DNA of 16,121 nucleotides from an uncultured Victivallales bacterium (GCA_964598575.1 CAZRCN010000019.1:1-16121); one strand, 5' to 3'. Positions 6,487-16,032 are shown, counted from the first letter of the stretch. Numbers and translations: made by a program. The notes: a model not told the origin generated them from the letters alone.

Positions 6487-6852
6487 TTAGAAGAGGGAGG
6501 CAAAGTCGTTGGGTAGTTGAGACCAGATGTGCTGGAATTCGCCTGTGCTTACGGCTTCCGACAGGACCGAGAGCACGATCTTGATGTGCTGTTCGGCCGT
6601 GGGCGTATTGACACCTTCGCGCTCGGCTACCATCTGCACGAAGGTATCGCGATCGAAGGGCTGATTGGCCTCTGCCGGAATCAGGTAGTCCTTGACGCCA
6701 TCGGGTAACTGCGCCGCCAGATCGGAGGATTCGCCTCCATAGAGTCGTTTGCCAAGCACTTCCAGGGTTGCCCGGGTTGCTTTTTCGGCTGCAGGTTCAT
6801 CGGCCAGCTCGGCGCGGTTTCTTACTTGCGAGATGAATGTATTGCGATCCAT
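6487..6852 (-). CDS. DUF2267 domain protein, 121 aa.
   Basis: It matches the DUF2267 family along its whole length (FISQVRNRAELADEPAAEKATRATLEVLGKRL...DLAAQLP...REGVNTP...HIKIVLSVLSEAVSTGEF). A strong RBS GGAAGGAGAAC precedes the ATG on the minus strand. Confidence 0.85.
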   Translation of the reverse strand: MDRNTFISQVRNRAELADEPAAEKATRATLEVLGKRLYGGESSDLAAQLPDGVKDYLIPAEANQPFDRDTFVQMVAEREGVNTPTAEQHIKIVLSVLSEAVSTGEFQHIWSQLPNDFASLF

Positions 6853-6883
6853 GTCGTTCTCCTTCCGGGGTTCGTGTTTTCAC

Positions 6884-7010
6884 GTTGATTGCATACTGTC
6901 ATGTTTGGTAAGGAGATACTATCGGTGCAACCATGAGACAAGGGGTTGATATTCCTGAAATGCAATCAGGGATATCGAAGCATTGCATCAGGGGTTCTCT
7001 GATTCAACTA
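6884..7010. promoter_or_regulatory. Divergent promoter region with three TTGCAT / ATGCAA half-sites (6889-6894, 6960-6965, 6983-6988). The last two form ATGCAAT-N15-ATTGCAT. Direct repeats TGCA(A)TCAGGG and AGGGGTT... are also present.
   Basis: Read directly. It lies between the divergent DUF2267-VIT and tolC-RND operons, and no regulator gene is adjacent. Confidence 0.3.
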
Positions 7011-7104
7011 AGTACGGATGCAGGATAGACTTGCGAGCAGTATGGCAAAAACCCCTGATAGGCGGGCAGAGACTGCGGGATTGTATCTTCACGAAGGAGG
7101 TGTT

Positions 7105-8421
7105 TTGAGAGTTGTTGGGCTATGTATGGTACTGTTGTTGGGTGTAGGGTCTGTGCAGTCACGGGACCTCACGCTCGAGCAGGCGCTTGCGGTAGCGGAA
7201 GCGCAGAGTACCACGCTGCAAAAGCTGGATGCAGGGCTATCTCTGGCAAAGGCCAGGCACCTGCGTTCTGCCCAGGCGTTCCTGCCCAAGGTGTCGATGG
7301 ATGCAACGTGGTTTCGAGCGGATGCAACGTTGCTGGAAGATGTGCCGTTTCCGTCCCTGCGCCCACAGCCACGCTTGGCGTATCGCGATCTCGGACCGCT
7401 GGAGGGTGCGATGGGCGGTGTTCAAATTCTGCAACCGCTTTTGTATGTCTCGGGGCTGCAGGCGCGCCGGCAGGCTGACCATATCGTTGCGGCGCAGCAA
7501 CAGTCGCACACCTGGGGCCGTCTGCAAATGCGTTTCGAGGTGGTCCGGCTCTATTATGCGGTTACGGTACAGGAGGAGCATGAACGTGCGGCCGAAGACG
7601 CGCTGGCCGCAGCGCAGCAAGCACATCAGATGGCAAAGGCCGCCTATCAAGAAGGGCTTGTTCCCAAGCTGGATGTGATGCGGGCTCTGGCGGAGTTGGA
7701 AGCGAGCCGGGCACGACGTACGAGTGCTGCAGCCGATGTGCAGGCAGCCCGCATTGCATTGGCGACCCTGCTTGGGCTTTCGCCGCAAGAGCGCCAGGTT
7801 CTTGTAGATGCTTTTCCGGAGCCAATCCCCCCACTTGAACAACCCCTGTCATCTATGGGGCGAAGCGATCTTGGGGCGCAGGAGGAGCGGCAAAAAGCGG
7901 CGGCGGCGGGGCTGGACAAGGCACAGGCGCGCTGGGTACCCAAGGTTGTGTTGCTGGGGCGGCAGCAATGGATAGATGGTGAAGATGCTCTGACGTCCGA
8001 TGCGGATAGCTGGCTGGTGGCGCTTCAGTTGCAGTGGTCCTGGTTTGATGGACTGGATCGCGAAGGCGAGATCCGGGAAGCGCGTGCAGAATATCGACTG
8101 GCACAGACTGAGCTAGAGGCTGCCCAGCGCCGTGTGCAGGAAGAGCAACTTCTGGCAGCTAGTACGTGGCGTTCGGCTTGGTCTGCCTGGCAGGCGGCCG
8201 TAGGCGCACGGGATGCGGCGGGCGAAGCCTTGCGTCTTGCCCAGCGGCAATATGAGGAGAATCTTGTTTCCATGACGGATTTGCTTGCTACCCAGGCCAC
8301 GTTCTATGCGCAGCAACGAGCCTATACCTGCAAGCGCTACAACGTGCTACTGGCCTCCATGAACTATTATCTGCGTTATGGTATGGATCCATTAACGGCT
8401 CTACCCGGAGAGACACCATGA
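7105..8421 (+). CDS. TolC-family outer-membrane efflux protein (OEP), the outer-membrane channel of an RND system.
   Basis: It has the OEP-family coiled-coil/beta repeat layout with an N-terminal signal peptide (RVVGLCMVLLLGVGSVQS) followed by LTLEQALAVAEAQS. I chose the TTG at 7105 with AAGGAGG at 7094-7100. The ORF-track ATG at 7018 would add 29 non-signal residues and has no RBS. The stop overlaps the next start (ATGA at 8418-8421). Confidence 0.8.
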   Translation: MRVVGLCMVLLLGVGSVQSRDLTLEQALAVAEAQSTTLQKLDAGLSLAKARHLRSAQAFLPKVSMDATWFRADATLLEDVPFPSLRPQPRLAYRDLGPLEGAMGGVQILQPLLYVSGLQARRQADHIVAAQQQSHTWGRLQMRFEVVRLYYAVTVQEEHERAAEDALAAAQQAHQMAKAAYQEGLVPKLDVMRALAELEASRARRTSAAADVQAARIALATLLGLSPQERQVLVDAFPEPIPPLEQPLSSMGRSDLGAQEERQKAAAAGLDKAQARWVPKVVLLGRQQWIDGEDALTSDADSWLVALQLQWSWFDGLDREGEIREARAEYRLAQTELEAAQRRVQEEQLLAASTWRSAWSAWQAAVGARDAAGEALRLAQRQYEENLVSMTDLLATQATFYAQQRAYTCKRYNVLLASMNYYLRYGMDPLTALPGETP

Positions 8422-9545
8422 AACCTAGGGATGTGAATGTTCGCTTGATTCTTATTGCCGCAGCTATGACAGCCTTTACCGCTGCCGGTTGTTCTGAGGC
8501 ACAGGATGAGCAGGCGTCAGCGGATGGGCATCCGGATGCAGTTGCTTCCGTGCAGGTGGCAAAGATTACACCGTGGCAGCAGGACGGAACCCGCCGTTTT
8601 CCGGGGGTGGTACACCCCATCCGGCGCGCCGTTCTGAGTACGCGGGCGAACGGCACGATCCACGCGATCAAAGTTGCAGCCGGGGACAATGTGGCAGCCG
8701 GGACGGTGCTGGCAGAAATGGAAGCACGCGATCTGGAGGCAGCCATTGCCGGGATCCGGGAACGGTTAAAGGCTGCAGAGGCTGCCGACGAACAAGCCGG
8801 GCGCGACGTACAGCGCCTGGAGGCTCTAGCCGCAGAGGACCTGATTGCCAGGAATCGTTTGGAAAAGGCCAGGGTCCGTAAACGCGAGACAGAGGCGCAG
8901 GTGGAAACGATTCGCGCGGAAGTAGATGTCCAGGAGCTGAATCGGGACTATGCACATGTTACGGCACCTTTTGACGGGATTGTGGGCGAGGTGATACGGG
9001 ATGAAGGATCATTTGCAGGCCCGGGGCAGCCCATTGTGATCCTGGACGACCGCTCGGCGTTGCAAATAGATGTGCCGGTGCCTGCAAATATTGCCAGCCG
9101 GGTGCATCCGCAAGCGGTCCTGCTTGCAAATGACGCCTCCTTGCCGGATCCCTTGCCGCTGCACGTTGTAGCGGTCGTGCCAGCTTTTCCCGGTAAGCGT
9201 GGTGGCCAGATCCTGCAGCTTTTGCTCGAGAATCCTCCTGAGGCGATACAGCCCGGACAGGTGGTAGAGGTAGCCCTGCAAGTGCCGACAGAGGATGAGC
9301 TGGTTGCCTTGCCGCAAGCCGCGCTGATTCGTCGAGGCCAGCTGACGGGTGTTATGGTTGTGGAAAAAAGAGATGACAAACAGGTCATGGTGCTGCGATG
9401 GATCCAGACTGCTGCGCCAAGTGTCAGGGCAGATGATGTGCTACCCGTTCGAAGAGGATTGCAACCGGGTGAACGGGTCGTGCTGCATCCTTCGCCCGAT
9501 GCGCGCGACGGCCAACAGGTACGGGTCGAGAAGGGGGCTCCCTGA
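8418..9545 (+). CDS. RND efflux periplasmic adaptor subunit (membrane fusion protein, HlyD/AcrA family), a lipoprotein.
   Basis: A lipobox ...FTAAGC follows a hydrophobic signal segment. The protein has coiled-coil-rich lipoyl and beta-barrel regions typical of membrane fusion proteins. Its stop overlaps the RND start (TGATG at 9542-9547). Confidence 0.85.
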   Translation: MKPRDVNVRLILIAAAMTAFTAAGCSEAQDEQASADGHPDAVASVQVAKITPWQQDGTRRFPGVVHPIRRAVLSTRANGTIHAIKVAAGDNVAAGTVLAEMEARDLEAAIAGIRERLKAAEAADEQAGRDVQRLEALAAEDLIARNRLEKARVRKRETEAQVETIRAEVDVQELNRDYAHVTAPFDGIVGEVIRDEGSFAGPGQPIVILDDRSALQIDVPVPANIASRVHPQAVLLANDASLPDPLPLHVVAVVPAFPGKRGGQILQLLLENPPEAIQPGQVVEVALQVPTEDELVALPQAALIRRGQLTGVMVVEKRDDKQVMVLRWIQTAAPSVRADDVLPVRRGLQPGERVVLHPSPDARDGQQVRVEKGAP

Positions 9546-12500
9546 TGGAAACCGAACTGGGCCTGGCCGGGCAGATTGCAAAGCGGGTTCTAAACGCCCC
9601 GCTGGTTCCCCTGTTCGTGGTTGCCTGTCTTGTTTTGGGCAGCTACAGTTTGATGATTACGCCCCGTGAGGACCGTCCGGATATCGACGTACCAACGGCC
9701 GTGGTTGTTATTCCGTGGCCGGGTGGTGGCGTGGAACGTGTGGATGATCAGTTGGCCCGACGTGTAGGGGGGTGGGTACGTGCCATTCCATCTGTCACGG
9801 ATATACGCAGCAGCAGTACCGACCATGCCGCCTTACTGATCGTGGAATTTGAGACAGGAACAGCCGAAACAACCGCGTACGCCGAATTGGATGAGCAGTT
9901 GCGAGGTCACGCCGCAGCGATGCCCGTGGGAGCGGGGTCTCCACATATCGAGACGTTTGGGGCGGAACGCCTGGTCATGTTTATGGCCACCTTGAGCAGC
10001 AAGACCCATAGTCCCCGTGAGCTGGATCAGATTGCCGGTGAGTTTTCCGCCCGCTTGGCATCGGTCCCGGGGGTGCGCACCATCACGCGTTATGGTGGGG
10101 AGCAGAAGGCGATTGAAATCCTGCCGCGACTGGAACCGATGGCTGGCTACGGTATTTCGCTGCCACAGATGGCCGAAGTCATTGCGGCGGCAGGGATGCA
10201 GCGCCCTTTGGGCCATTTGGAACAATCGCCGGTGCGGTCCGTCCAAGCGGGCATCGATAGCAGTAGTACAGCCAAATTGGCCCGTCTTCCCGTGGGAAAG
10301 AGTGCTGCGGGGCCCGTGTATTTGGAGGATGTTGCGGATATCCGCGATGGAGTCGTTCGCCGGAACCAGGCGGTTTTGCATGGGCGACGCGGGCAATCCG
10401 CCCTGTACCCAGCCGTTACGCTGGCCGTGACGACCCTTGCGGGTGAAAATGTAAGTGATGTGACGCGCAGGCTACAGGAGCAAATGGCCGTGCTGCGTGC
10501 CGAACTATTGCCATCGGATGTGGCGCTCACGGTCAGCTATGATGCGGGCCGTGAGGCGACCAAACGCGTCTTTAACGTACTGCGACAATTGCTGATGGGC
10601 ACATTGATCGTCGTGGGCATTATCCTGGTCGGGCTCGGTCTGCGTGCCGCCCTGATTATTGCCCTGATGATGCCAGTCTCCTTGGCCGTGGTTCCCTTTC
10701 TGTATTATCGCTTTGATTTTACGCTCAATCCCGTCTCCATAGCAGCGATGATATTGGCGATTGGTATTCTTTCCGATGATGCTGTGGTGATGCTCGAAAA
10801 CATGTATCGGCATTTTCGCAGGGCAGGGGAGAAGACCCGGGAACTGACGGTGAAAGCGGTAAACGAGGTTGGCAATCCGACGATTCTTGCCGATTTGCTG
10901 GTGGTGGCGACGTTGCTGCCGACGGCATATATTACCGGTGAAATGGGCCAGTATGTTCGTGCCCTCCCGGTCGGGGCATCGGCCGCCGTGCTCTTTTCCC
11001 TGCTGGTCGCTCTTACGATTACGCCGTACTTCGGTATTCGGTTGCTCCGGGTGCATAGCACTCGTCATCAGGGGCCTTCTGCGACTAAGCATAGGCAAGA
11101 ATCGAGAGAGAATCAGCAGCAGAACAAGATGGGCTATGACCGCATCTATCGTACGATTATGGCACCACTGATGCACCATGCTGTCTTGCGCTGGATTTTG
11201 TATATCTGCCTTATCTGCCTGCTTGTTTCAGCATTTGCGCTGGTAGGATTCCGCAGGGTGCAGATTGGCTTAACCCCTTTGCTGGATCGTCAGGTCTTTG
11301 TCGTGCATGTAGAGCTTCCACCGGGTGCCTCCCTGACAGAAACGCTTGCCGCAACTTCAGATGTCATGCATCAACTGCGTAAGCTGCCAGACATTCATTC
11401 CGTGACCCTATATGCAGGTACGGATGCGCCGCAGATCTACCCCGCCTCCCATATCAACATTCCGAGGGAAACCCCGCCGCATATTGCCCGCATACATGTG
11501 GAAATGGTGCCGAAATCGGAACGTCAGAAACGCAGTTACGAGGTAAGTCGCACCGTTGCGCACCAGTTGGGGGATTGGCTGACACCTTATGATGCGACAG
11601 GGTATATTGCCCGCATTCCCTCCGGGCCATCCAGCCACCGCGATATCACTGCTGAAATCTATGGACAGGATGCTGCTGCGCGTCAGGCGGTGGCCGACCG
11701 GGTCGCAGTGTGGTTGCGCACGCAGCCCGGTGTTGTTGTGGTGGAAGAGCGTCCTGATGCGCCGTTGGACAGGCTCAATGTGTGGGTGGACCCGCAGCGG
11801 GCTGCTACATTGGGCGTCATCCCCGCGAACGTAACGCAGACGCTCTCGCTGACGGTGCACGGCAGTATCCTGACCGATTGGGCCGGGACAATCTCCCGCG
11901 AACCGGTTCCGGTGGTCCTGCGGTTGGAGAAAACGCGCCGTGATCGTGTCGAAGCCCTACAGGAAATCTACGTGCAGGATAGAGCCGGCCATCCGGTCCC
12001 CCTGGAATATCTGGTTACCTTTGAATACAGGCAAGGGGCTCCGGTGCGATACCGCCGCAACTTGCTGCCGATTACGACGGTCTTTGCCGATCTGGACCGA
12101 TCAGTGGTGCAGCCGGTGACCATCCAAATGGCGGCTGATGCAGAGATGCAGGCAGATATGTCTGACGAGCCGCTTGCCGTGCGTTGGCTTGCCCCACCCG
12201 AGGTGTCCTCTCAAAAGGCAGAGCTGTACTGGTCCGGGGAATGGGAAATGACACGCGACGTCTACCGCGATCTTGGTGCAGCCGGTCTTGTGGTTATGCT
12301 GCTGATCTATTTGCTGTTGGCTGGGTGGTTCAAGTCCTACGCGCTGCCATTGCTGATTATGCTACCCATCCCACTGATCGGTATCGGGGTCATCCCTGCA
12401 CATTGGCTATGGGGGATACCTATTGCCGGAACCGGTGTGCTCGGTATGATTACCCTCGCTGGCATCGTGGCGCGCAATTCGATTCTTCTGGTGGATTTCA

Positions 12501-12766
12501 TCAAGCAGCGCGAGGGTGAAGGCATGGAGCTACGGGAAGCTGTGCTACAAGCTGGCGTGATTCGCACGCGCCCCATTCTGCTGACGGCTGCGACGGTCAT
12601 GTTCGGGAGCGGGGTCCTGATCTTTGAACCCTCGTTGAAACCGCTGGGCCTGACCCTGGCCAGCGGTGTATTGTTTTCCACGCTCGTGACGCTCGTACTG
12701 ATCCCCATTCTCTATTTTCATGTCCATCAGCACAGCAATGCCGGATACATCCGCCAGCTGATGTGA
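9545..12766 (+). CDS. RND-superfamily efflux permease (AcrB/CzcA-like), 1073 aa.
   Basis: It has the 12-TM RND architecture with two large periplasmic loops and is the third gene of the TolC-adaptor-RND operon. The N-terminus (METELGLAGQIAKRVL...) is atypical for either the HAE1 or HME subfamily. Confidence 0.9.
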   Translation: METELGLAGQIAKRVLNAPLVPLFVVACLVLGSYSLMITPREDRPDIDVPTAVVVIPWPGGGVERVDDQLARRVGGWVRAIPSVTDIRSSSTDHAALLIVEFETGTAETTAYAELDEQLRGHAAAMPVGAGSPHIETFGAERLVMFMATLSSKTHSPRELDQIAGEFSARLASVPGVRTITRYGGEQKAIEILPRLEPMAGYGISLPQMAEVIAAAGMQRPLGHLEQSPVRSVQAGIDSSSTAKLARLPVGKSAAGPVYLEDVADIRDGVVRRNQAVLHGRRGQSALYPAVTLAVTTLAGENVSDVTRRLQEQMAVLRAELLPSDVALTVSYDAGREATKRVFNVLRQLLMGTLIVVGIILVGLGLRAALIIALMMPVSLAVVPFLYYRFDFTLNPVSIAAMILAIGILSDDAVVMLENMYRHFRRAGEKTRELTVKAVNEVGNPTILADLLVVATLLPTAYITGEMGQYVRALPVGASAAVLFSLLVALTITPYFGIRLLRVHSTRHQGPSATKHRQESRENQQQNKMGYDRIYRTIMAPLMHHAVLRWILYICLICLLVSAFALVGFRRVQIGLTPLLDRQVFVVHVELPPGASLTETLAATSDVMHQLRKLPDIHSVTLYAGTDAPQIYPASHINIPRETPPHIARIHVEMVPKSERQKRSYEVSRTVAHQLGDWLTPYDATGYIARIPSGPSSHRDITAEIYGQDAAARQAVADRVAVWLRTQPGVVVVEERPDAPLDRLNVWVDPQRAATLGVIPANVTQTLSLTVHGSILTDWAGTISREPVPVVLRLEKTRRDRVEALQEIYVQDRAGHPVPLEYLVTFEYRQGAPVRYRRNLLPITTVFADLDRSVVQPVTIQMAADAEMQADMSDEPLAVRWLAPPEVSSQKAELYWSGEWEMTRDVYRDLGAAGLVVMLLIYLLLAGWFKSYALPLLIMLPIPLIGIGVIPAHWLWGIPIAGTGVLGMITLAGIVARNSILLVDFIKQREGEGMELREAVLQAGVIRTRPILLTAATVMFGSGVLIFEPSLKPLGLTLASGVLFSTLVTLVLIPILYFHVHQHSNAGYIRQLM

Positions 12767-12898
12767 GGGCTTAGATGAAAGTGGCCACCGTGTAAGGTTT
12801 TACGAAGACGAAAATACCTGATTCTACTGATAGAGCAAGCTCGGGTGCCCGTGTAGGTTGACAGGGTGAAAGCAGATACGAAAAGGAGATAAGAAGCC

Positions 12899-13699
12899 AT
12901 GATCAGAACCGTCACCGTTTATACAGGCGATAGCGATTGTGCACAGGCTGCACAGCAACACGCGATTGCATTGGCGAAACACGTTTCGGCCCGCTTGAAG
13001 ATTGTTGGTCTTGGCGACGCGAAACAGGGCTTTCGTGATGGAAGTAGCACGGAATCGGTTGCAGACCTTATGCAGCGTAAACGGGCGTCGCTAGCTGAGA
13101 CGGCGGAAAGAGCCGGAGTCCGGGTTGTCTCCGATGTACGGGGCAATGGGCTGAAGCGGGGCTTGCTGGAAGAGGCACGGGAAACGGATGTGCTTGTTCT
13201 GGGGCTGCCCACGGAGGCCGATATGGCATCCGACGATGCTGCCACACATCTTGTCCGGAAGGAACGACCTGTTCTCCGGAAGGCCCATTGCGCGCTGCTG
13301 CTTGTCAATCAGCCTCCCGTGCCCGTAAAGCGCATCCTGGCATGCTACGATGATGAGCCTGTGGGCCAGCGGATGCTGCAGATGGCTGGTAGCATCGCCG
13401 AGGCATATCAAGCACGTATCGGGGTCTTTGCCAATGAAAACGACTTGGCCAAGGCGCGGGAGCTTGCTGATGCAGCCAAAGCATATCTGGAAGGTTATGA
13501 TGTTCCTGCCATTGACACGATCGCCGTATCACGGCCGAAAGGTTCCAGGGTAGAGATTCTCCATGCAGCCGAGTCTTTCGAAGCGGATCTGATCACCATG
13601 GGCGAAGAGGGACATAACTGGCTGGAACGGATGTTTTGTAAAAACGTGGCCGAACGAACGGCAATGGCGACACCGGTTCCGCTTCTCATCGTCAGGTGA
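12899..13699 (+). CDS. Universal stress protein with tandem UspA domains, 266 aa.
   Basis: There are two Usp domains. The second ends in the typical ...ADLITMGEEGHNWLERMFCKNVAERTAMATPVPLLIVR. The RBS AAAGGAGA precedes the ATG at 12899, and a possible TTGACA -35 element lies at 12858-12863. Confidence 0.85.
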   Translation: MIRTVTVYTGDSDCAQAAQQHAIALAKHVSARLKIVGLGDAKQGFRDGSSTESVADLMQRKRASLAETAERAGVRVVSDVRGNGLKRGLLEEARETDVLVLGLPTEADMASDDAATHLVRKERPVLRKAHCALLLVNQPPVPVKRILACYDDEPVGQRMLQMAGSIAEAYQARIGVFANENDLAKARELADAAKAYLEGYDVPAIDTIAVSRPKGSRVEILHAAESFEADLITMGEEGHNWLERMFCKNVAERTAMATPVPLLIVR

Positions 13700-13800
13700 A
13701 GCGGAGGAGTTGTAGACTGTGTGGCGGGCGCAGTGGATGGTCTCGGCGCGGAGCGACGTGGGGCCTTCGAACAACAGGGCTGCCCCATAGGTTTGCATGC

Positions 13801-14776
13801 TCAACATAATGGTGGTTCAGGGCATGTCTCGCCATAGCGCAACTCCGTCAGATCCTGCGCTTGCGGCAATTGTCTGGCTGCTTCACGCAAGGCGCTTCGC
13901 AGTCCTTCTTCCAGCGTAGGATGATAGAAGGGCATGCTCATCAAGTTCCACGCCTAGTTTCTCTAGTCGCAGTCCGTCCAGATTAGGGCGCACACCCATG
14001 GCGACGAGTACCCGGTCAACCGTAACATGTGTCTCCCCGGCTTTTACTATGAGTGCCCTGTTATTCGCCTCAACCTCGGCTTTCTGTCCCACATGTATGG
14101 GGAATTCCTTGTTGATACGAGAAACCAGAGTGGCATTTACCTCAGGATCACTGAGTCCACCAAGGGTATCCAGTGCATCGAATCCGGTAACAGCTACGCC
14201 CAACCGGGAGAGGGCTTGACTCAACTCCAGTCCGATGGCTCCCAGCCCGATCACCGCCATTCGATGTGGCAGATCTGTCTGTTCGAACAGGGATTCGCTC
14301 GTCAAGACCCGCTTGCCGAAATCACGCCAGGCGGATGGAACGATCGGTTGCGCCCCAGTCGCAATGATAAACCGGTCCGCATGGATGATCTGATCATTCA
14401 CCTGTATGTGATGGGGGGATACAAATGTTGCATGCCCTTCAATCAGGTGATCCCGGGCTCGTTCACGTGTGGCCTCAATCATCCCATTCGTGAAAGCGTC
14501 GCGACTGGCACGAACCTGTTTCAATACGGCGGGAATATGGACAGCAGGTCTGGACGTCTCATCCGCGGTTTGATTGTACTCATGAGCCGCCCGGTCGATA
14601 TCATGCGCAATCCGGATGAAAGCCTTGGACGGCATACAGCCAGTCCGGGCACAGGTTGTTCCCAACGGCCCCTGATCTATCAGCAGGTAGTCATCGGTGA
14701 TGTTTTGCACCTGCCGCAGGGCCGCAATCCCGGCACTCCCGGCACCAATAATAACAATGTTCGTTTTTTTGTTCAT
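13801..14776 (-). pseudogene. Class-I pyridine nucleotide-disulfide oxidoreductase (lipoamide dehydrogenase / mercuric reductase-like) disrupted by an internal deletion and frameshift. The N-terminal FAD and NAD domains are intact (297 aa, 14776 down to 13883). The C-terminal HPTLEE-containing tail is in another frame (about 13935 down to 13801).
   Basis: The N-terminal redox-active motif GTTCARTGCMPSK and the GxGxxG NAD fold are present. The ORF stops right after GVELDEHA. Shifting one frame at about 13930-13940 gives ...PFYHPTLEEGLRSALREAARQLPQ..., the conserved C-terminal His-Pro-Thr...Glu dimer-interface segment. Roughly 140 aa of central and interface domain are missing between the two parts. 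Confidence 0.6.
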
Positions 14777-14782
14777 GATGAT

Positions 14783-15835
14783 CTACGCAATCGTGACATC
14801 GTCGCAGAGGTATACGTTCTGTACGGCATTGAGGATGGCTACGCCATCGCGTCTGGGTTTTTGAAAGGCCTTGCGCCCCGTAATCATGCCCATGCCGCCG
14901 GCGCGCTTATTGATGACGGCCGTGCGTACGACTTCCTCCAGATCATCCTTGCCGGATGAAGCGCCACCGGAGTTGATCAGTCCGGCGCGTCCCATATAGC
15001 AGTTTGCCACCTGATACCGGGTCCACTCGATGGGATGCTCCTGTGCAAGTTCCGAATATACCTTGTCATCGGTCTTGCCAAAGGACAGATCGCGGAAGCC
15101 CCCATTGCAGGAGGGTTGTTTCTGTTTGATGATATCGGCTTGCATCGTAACGCCGATGTGGTTGGCTTGGCCGGTAAGATCGGCCGAACGCTCGTAGTTC
15201 TGGTCATCGGTGCGAAAGGCGGCATTGCGCACATAGCACCATAGTACGGTGAAAAGACCGAGGCGATGCGCGTGCTCGAAAGCCTGTGCAATTTCCACAA
15301 TCTGCCGTCGGCTTTCCCGGGAGCCGAAATACACCGTGGCACCAACCCCGACCGCCCCCATGTTGAAAGCCCGTTCGACACTACAGAACAGGGTCTGATC
15401 GTAGATGTTCGGATAGGTCAGCAGCTCGTTGTGGTTCAGTTTTACAATAAAGGGTATCTTGTCTGCATACGCCCGGGCAACGGAACCCAGTACGCCGCCG
15501 GTGGATGCAACCGCATTGCAACCACCCTCGATCGCCAGTTCGACAATATTTGCCGGGTCAAAATAGTCTGGATTGGCGGCAAAGGCGGCTCCGGCGGCAT
15601 GTTCAAGACCTTGATCCACGGGCAGGATCGACAAATACCCCGTTCCTCCCAGGCGTCCGTGCCCGAAGACGGTGCGCAGGTTACGGATGACGGCTTCAGA
15701 GCGATCCGAGGCATGTACGACCCGGTCCACAAAATCGGACCCCGGCAGGTGTAGACGTTCCTGGCCGATGCCTTTGCATTTGTATGACAATAAACCGGTG
15801 TCCTGACCAAGCAGCTCTTCAATTCTCTGGATCAT
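14783..15835 (-). CDS. fbaB: Class I fructose-bisphosphate aldolase (DhnA/FbaB type), 350 aa.
   Basis: It shows near-collinear similarity to E. coli FbaB, for example the [48 protein letters not shown] and [13 protein letters not shown] blocks. The RBS AAAGGAGGATAAGAG precedes the ATG at 15835. Confidence 0.9.
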   Translation of the reverse strand: MIQRIEELLGQDTGLLSYKCKGIGQERLHLPGSDFVDRVVHASDRSEAVIRNLRTVFGHGRLGGTGYLSILPVDQGLEHAAGAAFAANPDYFDPANIVELAIEGGCNAVASTGGVLGSVARAYADKIPFIVKLNHNELLTYPNIYDQTLFCSVERAFNMGAVGVGATVYFGSRESRRQIVEIAQAFEHAHRLGLFTVLWCYVRNAAFRTDDQNYERSADLTGQANHIGVTMQADIIKQKQPSCNGGFRDLSFGKTDDKVYSELAQEHPIEWTRYQVANCYMGRAGLINSGGASSGKDDLEEVVRTAVINKRAGGMGMITGRKAFQKPRRDGVAILNAVQNVYLCDDVTIA

Positions 15836-16032
15836 GATCTCTTATCCTCCTTTTCGATTGGCTTGCCTGCGATTGCGACAGGCATCCGCTGATGGGCATG
15901 CCAATGTTCGGCACGTAACAGCAGAATCCTATCGAACCTGCCGGTGCCTGAATATCAGGAGATGGTGTATGTAGCACTTCCTTTTGCCTTAGAACCGATC
16001 GTTTCGGGCTAGGGTTTCTAGAAGAGCAATAT

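Noticed and set aside
6465-6503. TTG start at 6503 for the VIT transporter
   Set aside because: It would overlap the DUF2267 stop by 17 nt and add a Pro/Ser-rich 13-aa leader. The first ATG, at 6464, is conservative. I could not settle the choice from RBS evidence alone.
7018-7104. ATG at 7018 as the TolC-family start
   Set aside because: It would place 29 hydrophilic residues before the signal peptide and lacks an RBS. The TTG at 7105 directly follows AAGGAGG and begins with a plausible signal peptide.
9590-12708. Multiple antisense or alternate-frame ORFs of 60-224 aa inside the RND permease gene (for example 10505-11179 on the - strand)
   Set aside because: They have low-complexity Arg/Gly/Pro/His-rich translations, no RBSs, and lie entirely within a well-supported 1073-aa CDS. 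This is the expected GC-rich frame artefact.
12781-12810. GTGGCCAC palindrome and short GTAA/TTAC hairpin after the RND stop as a terminator
   Set aside because: The stem is only 4 bp and there is no convincing U-tract, which is too weak to call. A TTGACA at 12858-12863 may mark the usp promoter, but I could not identify a -10 element.
13495-13807. Minus-strand ORFs of 92-97 aa overlapping the 3' end of the USP gene
   Set aside because: They are antisense to the well-supported USP CDS and their translations are compositionally biased. The only real signal in this area is the frame-shifted HPTLEE tail of the oxidoreductase (13801-13935).
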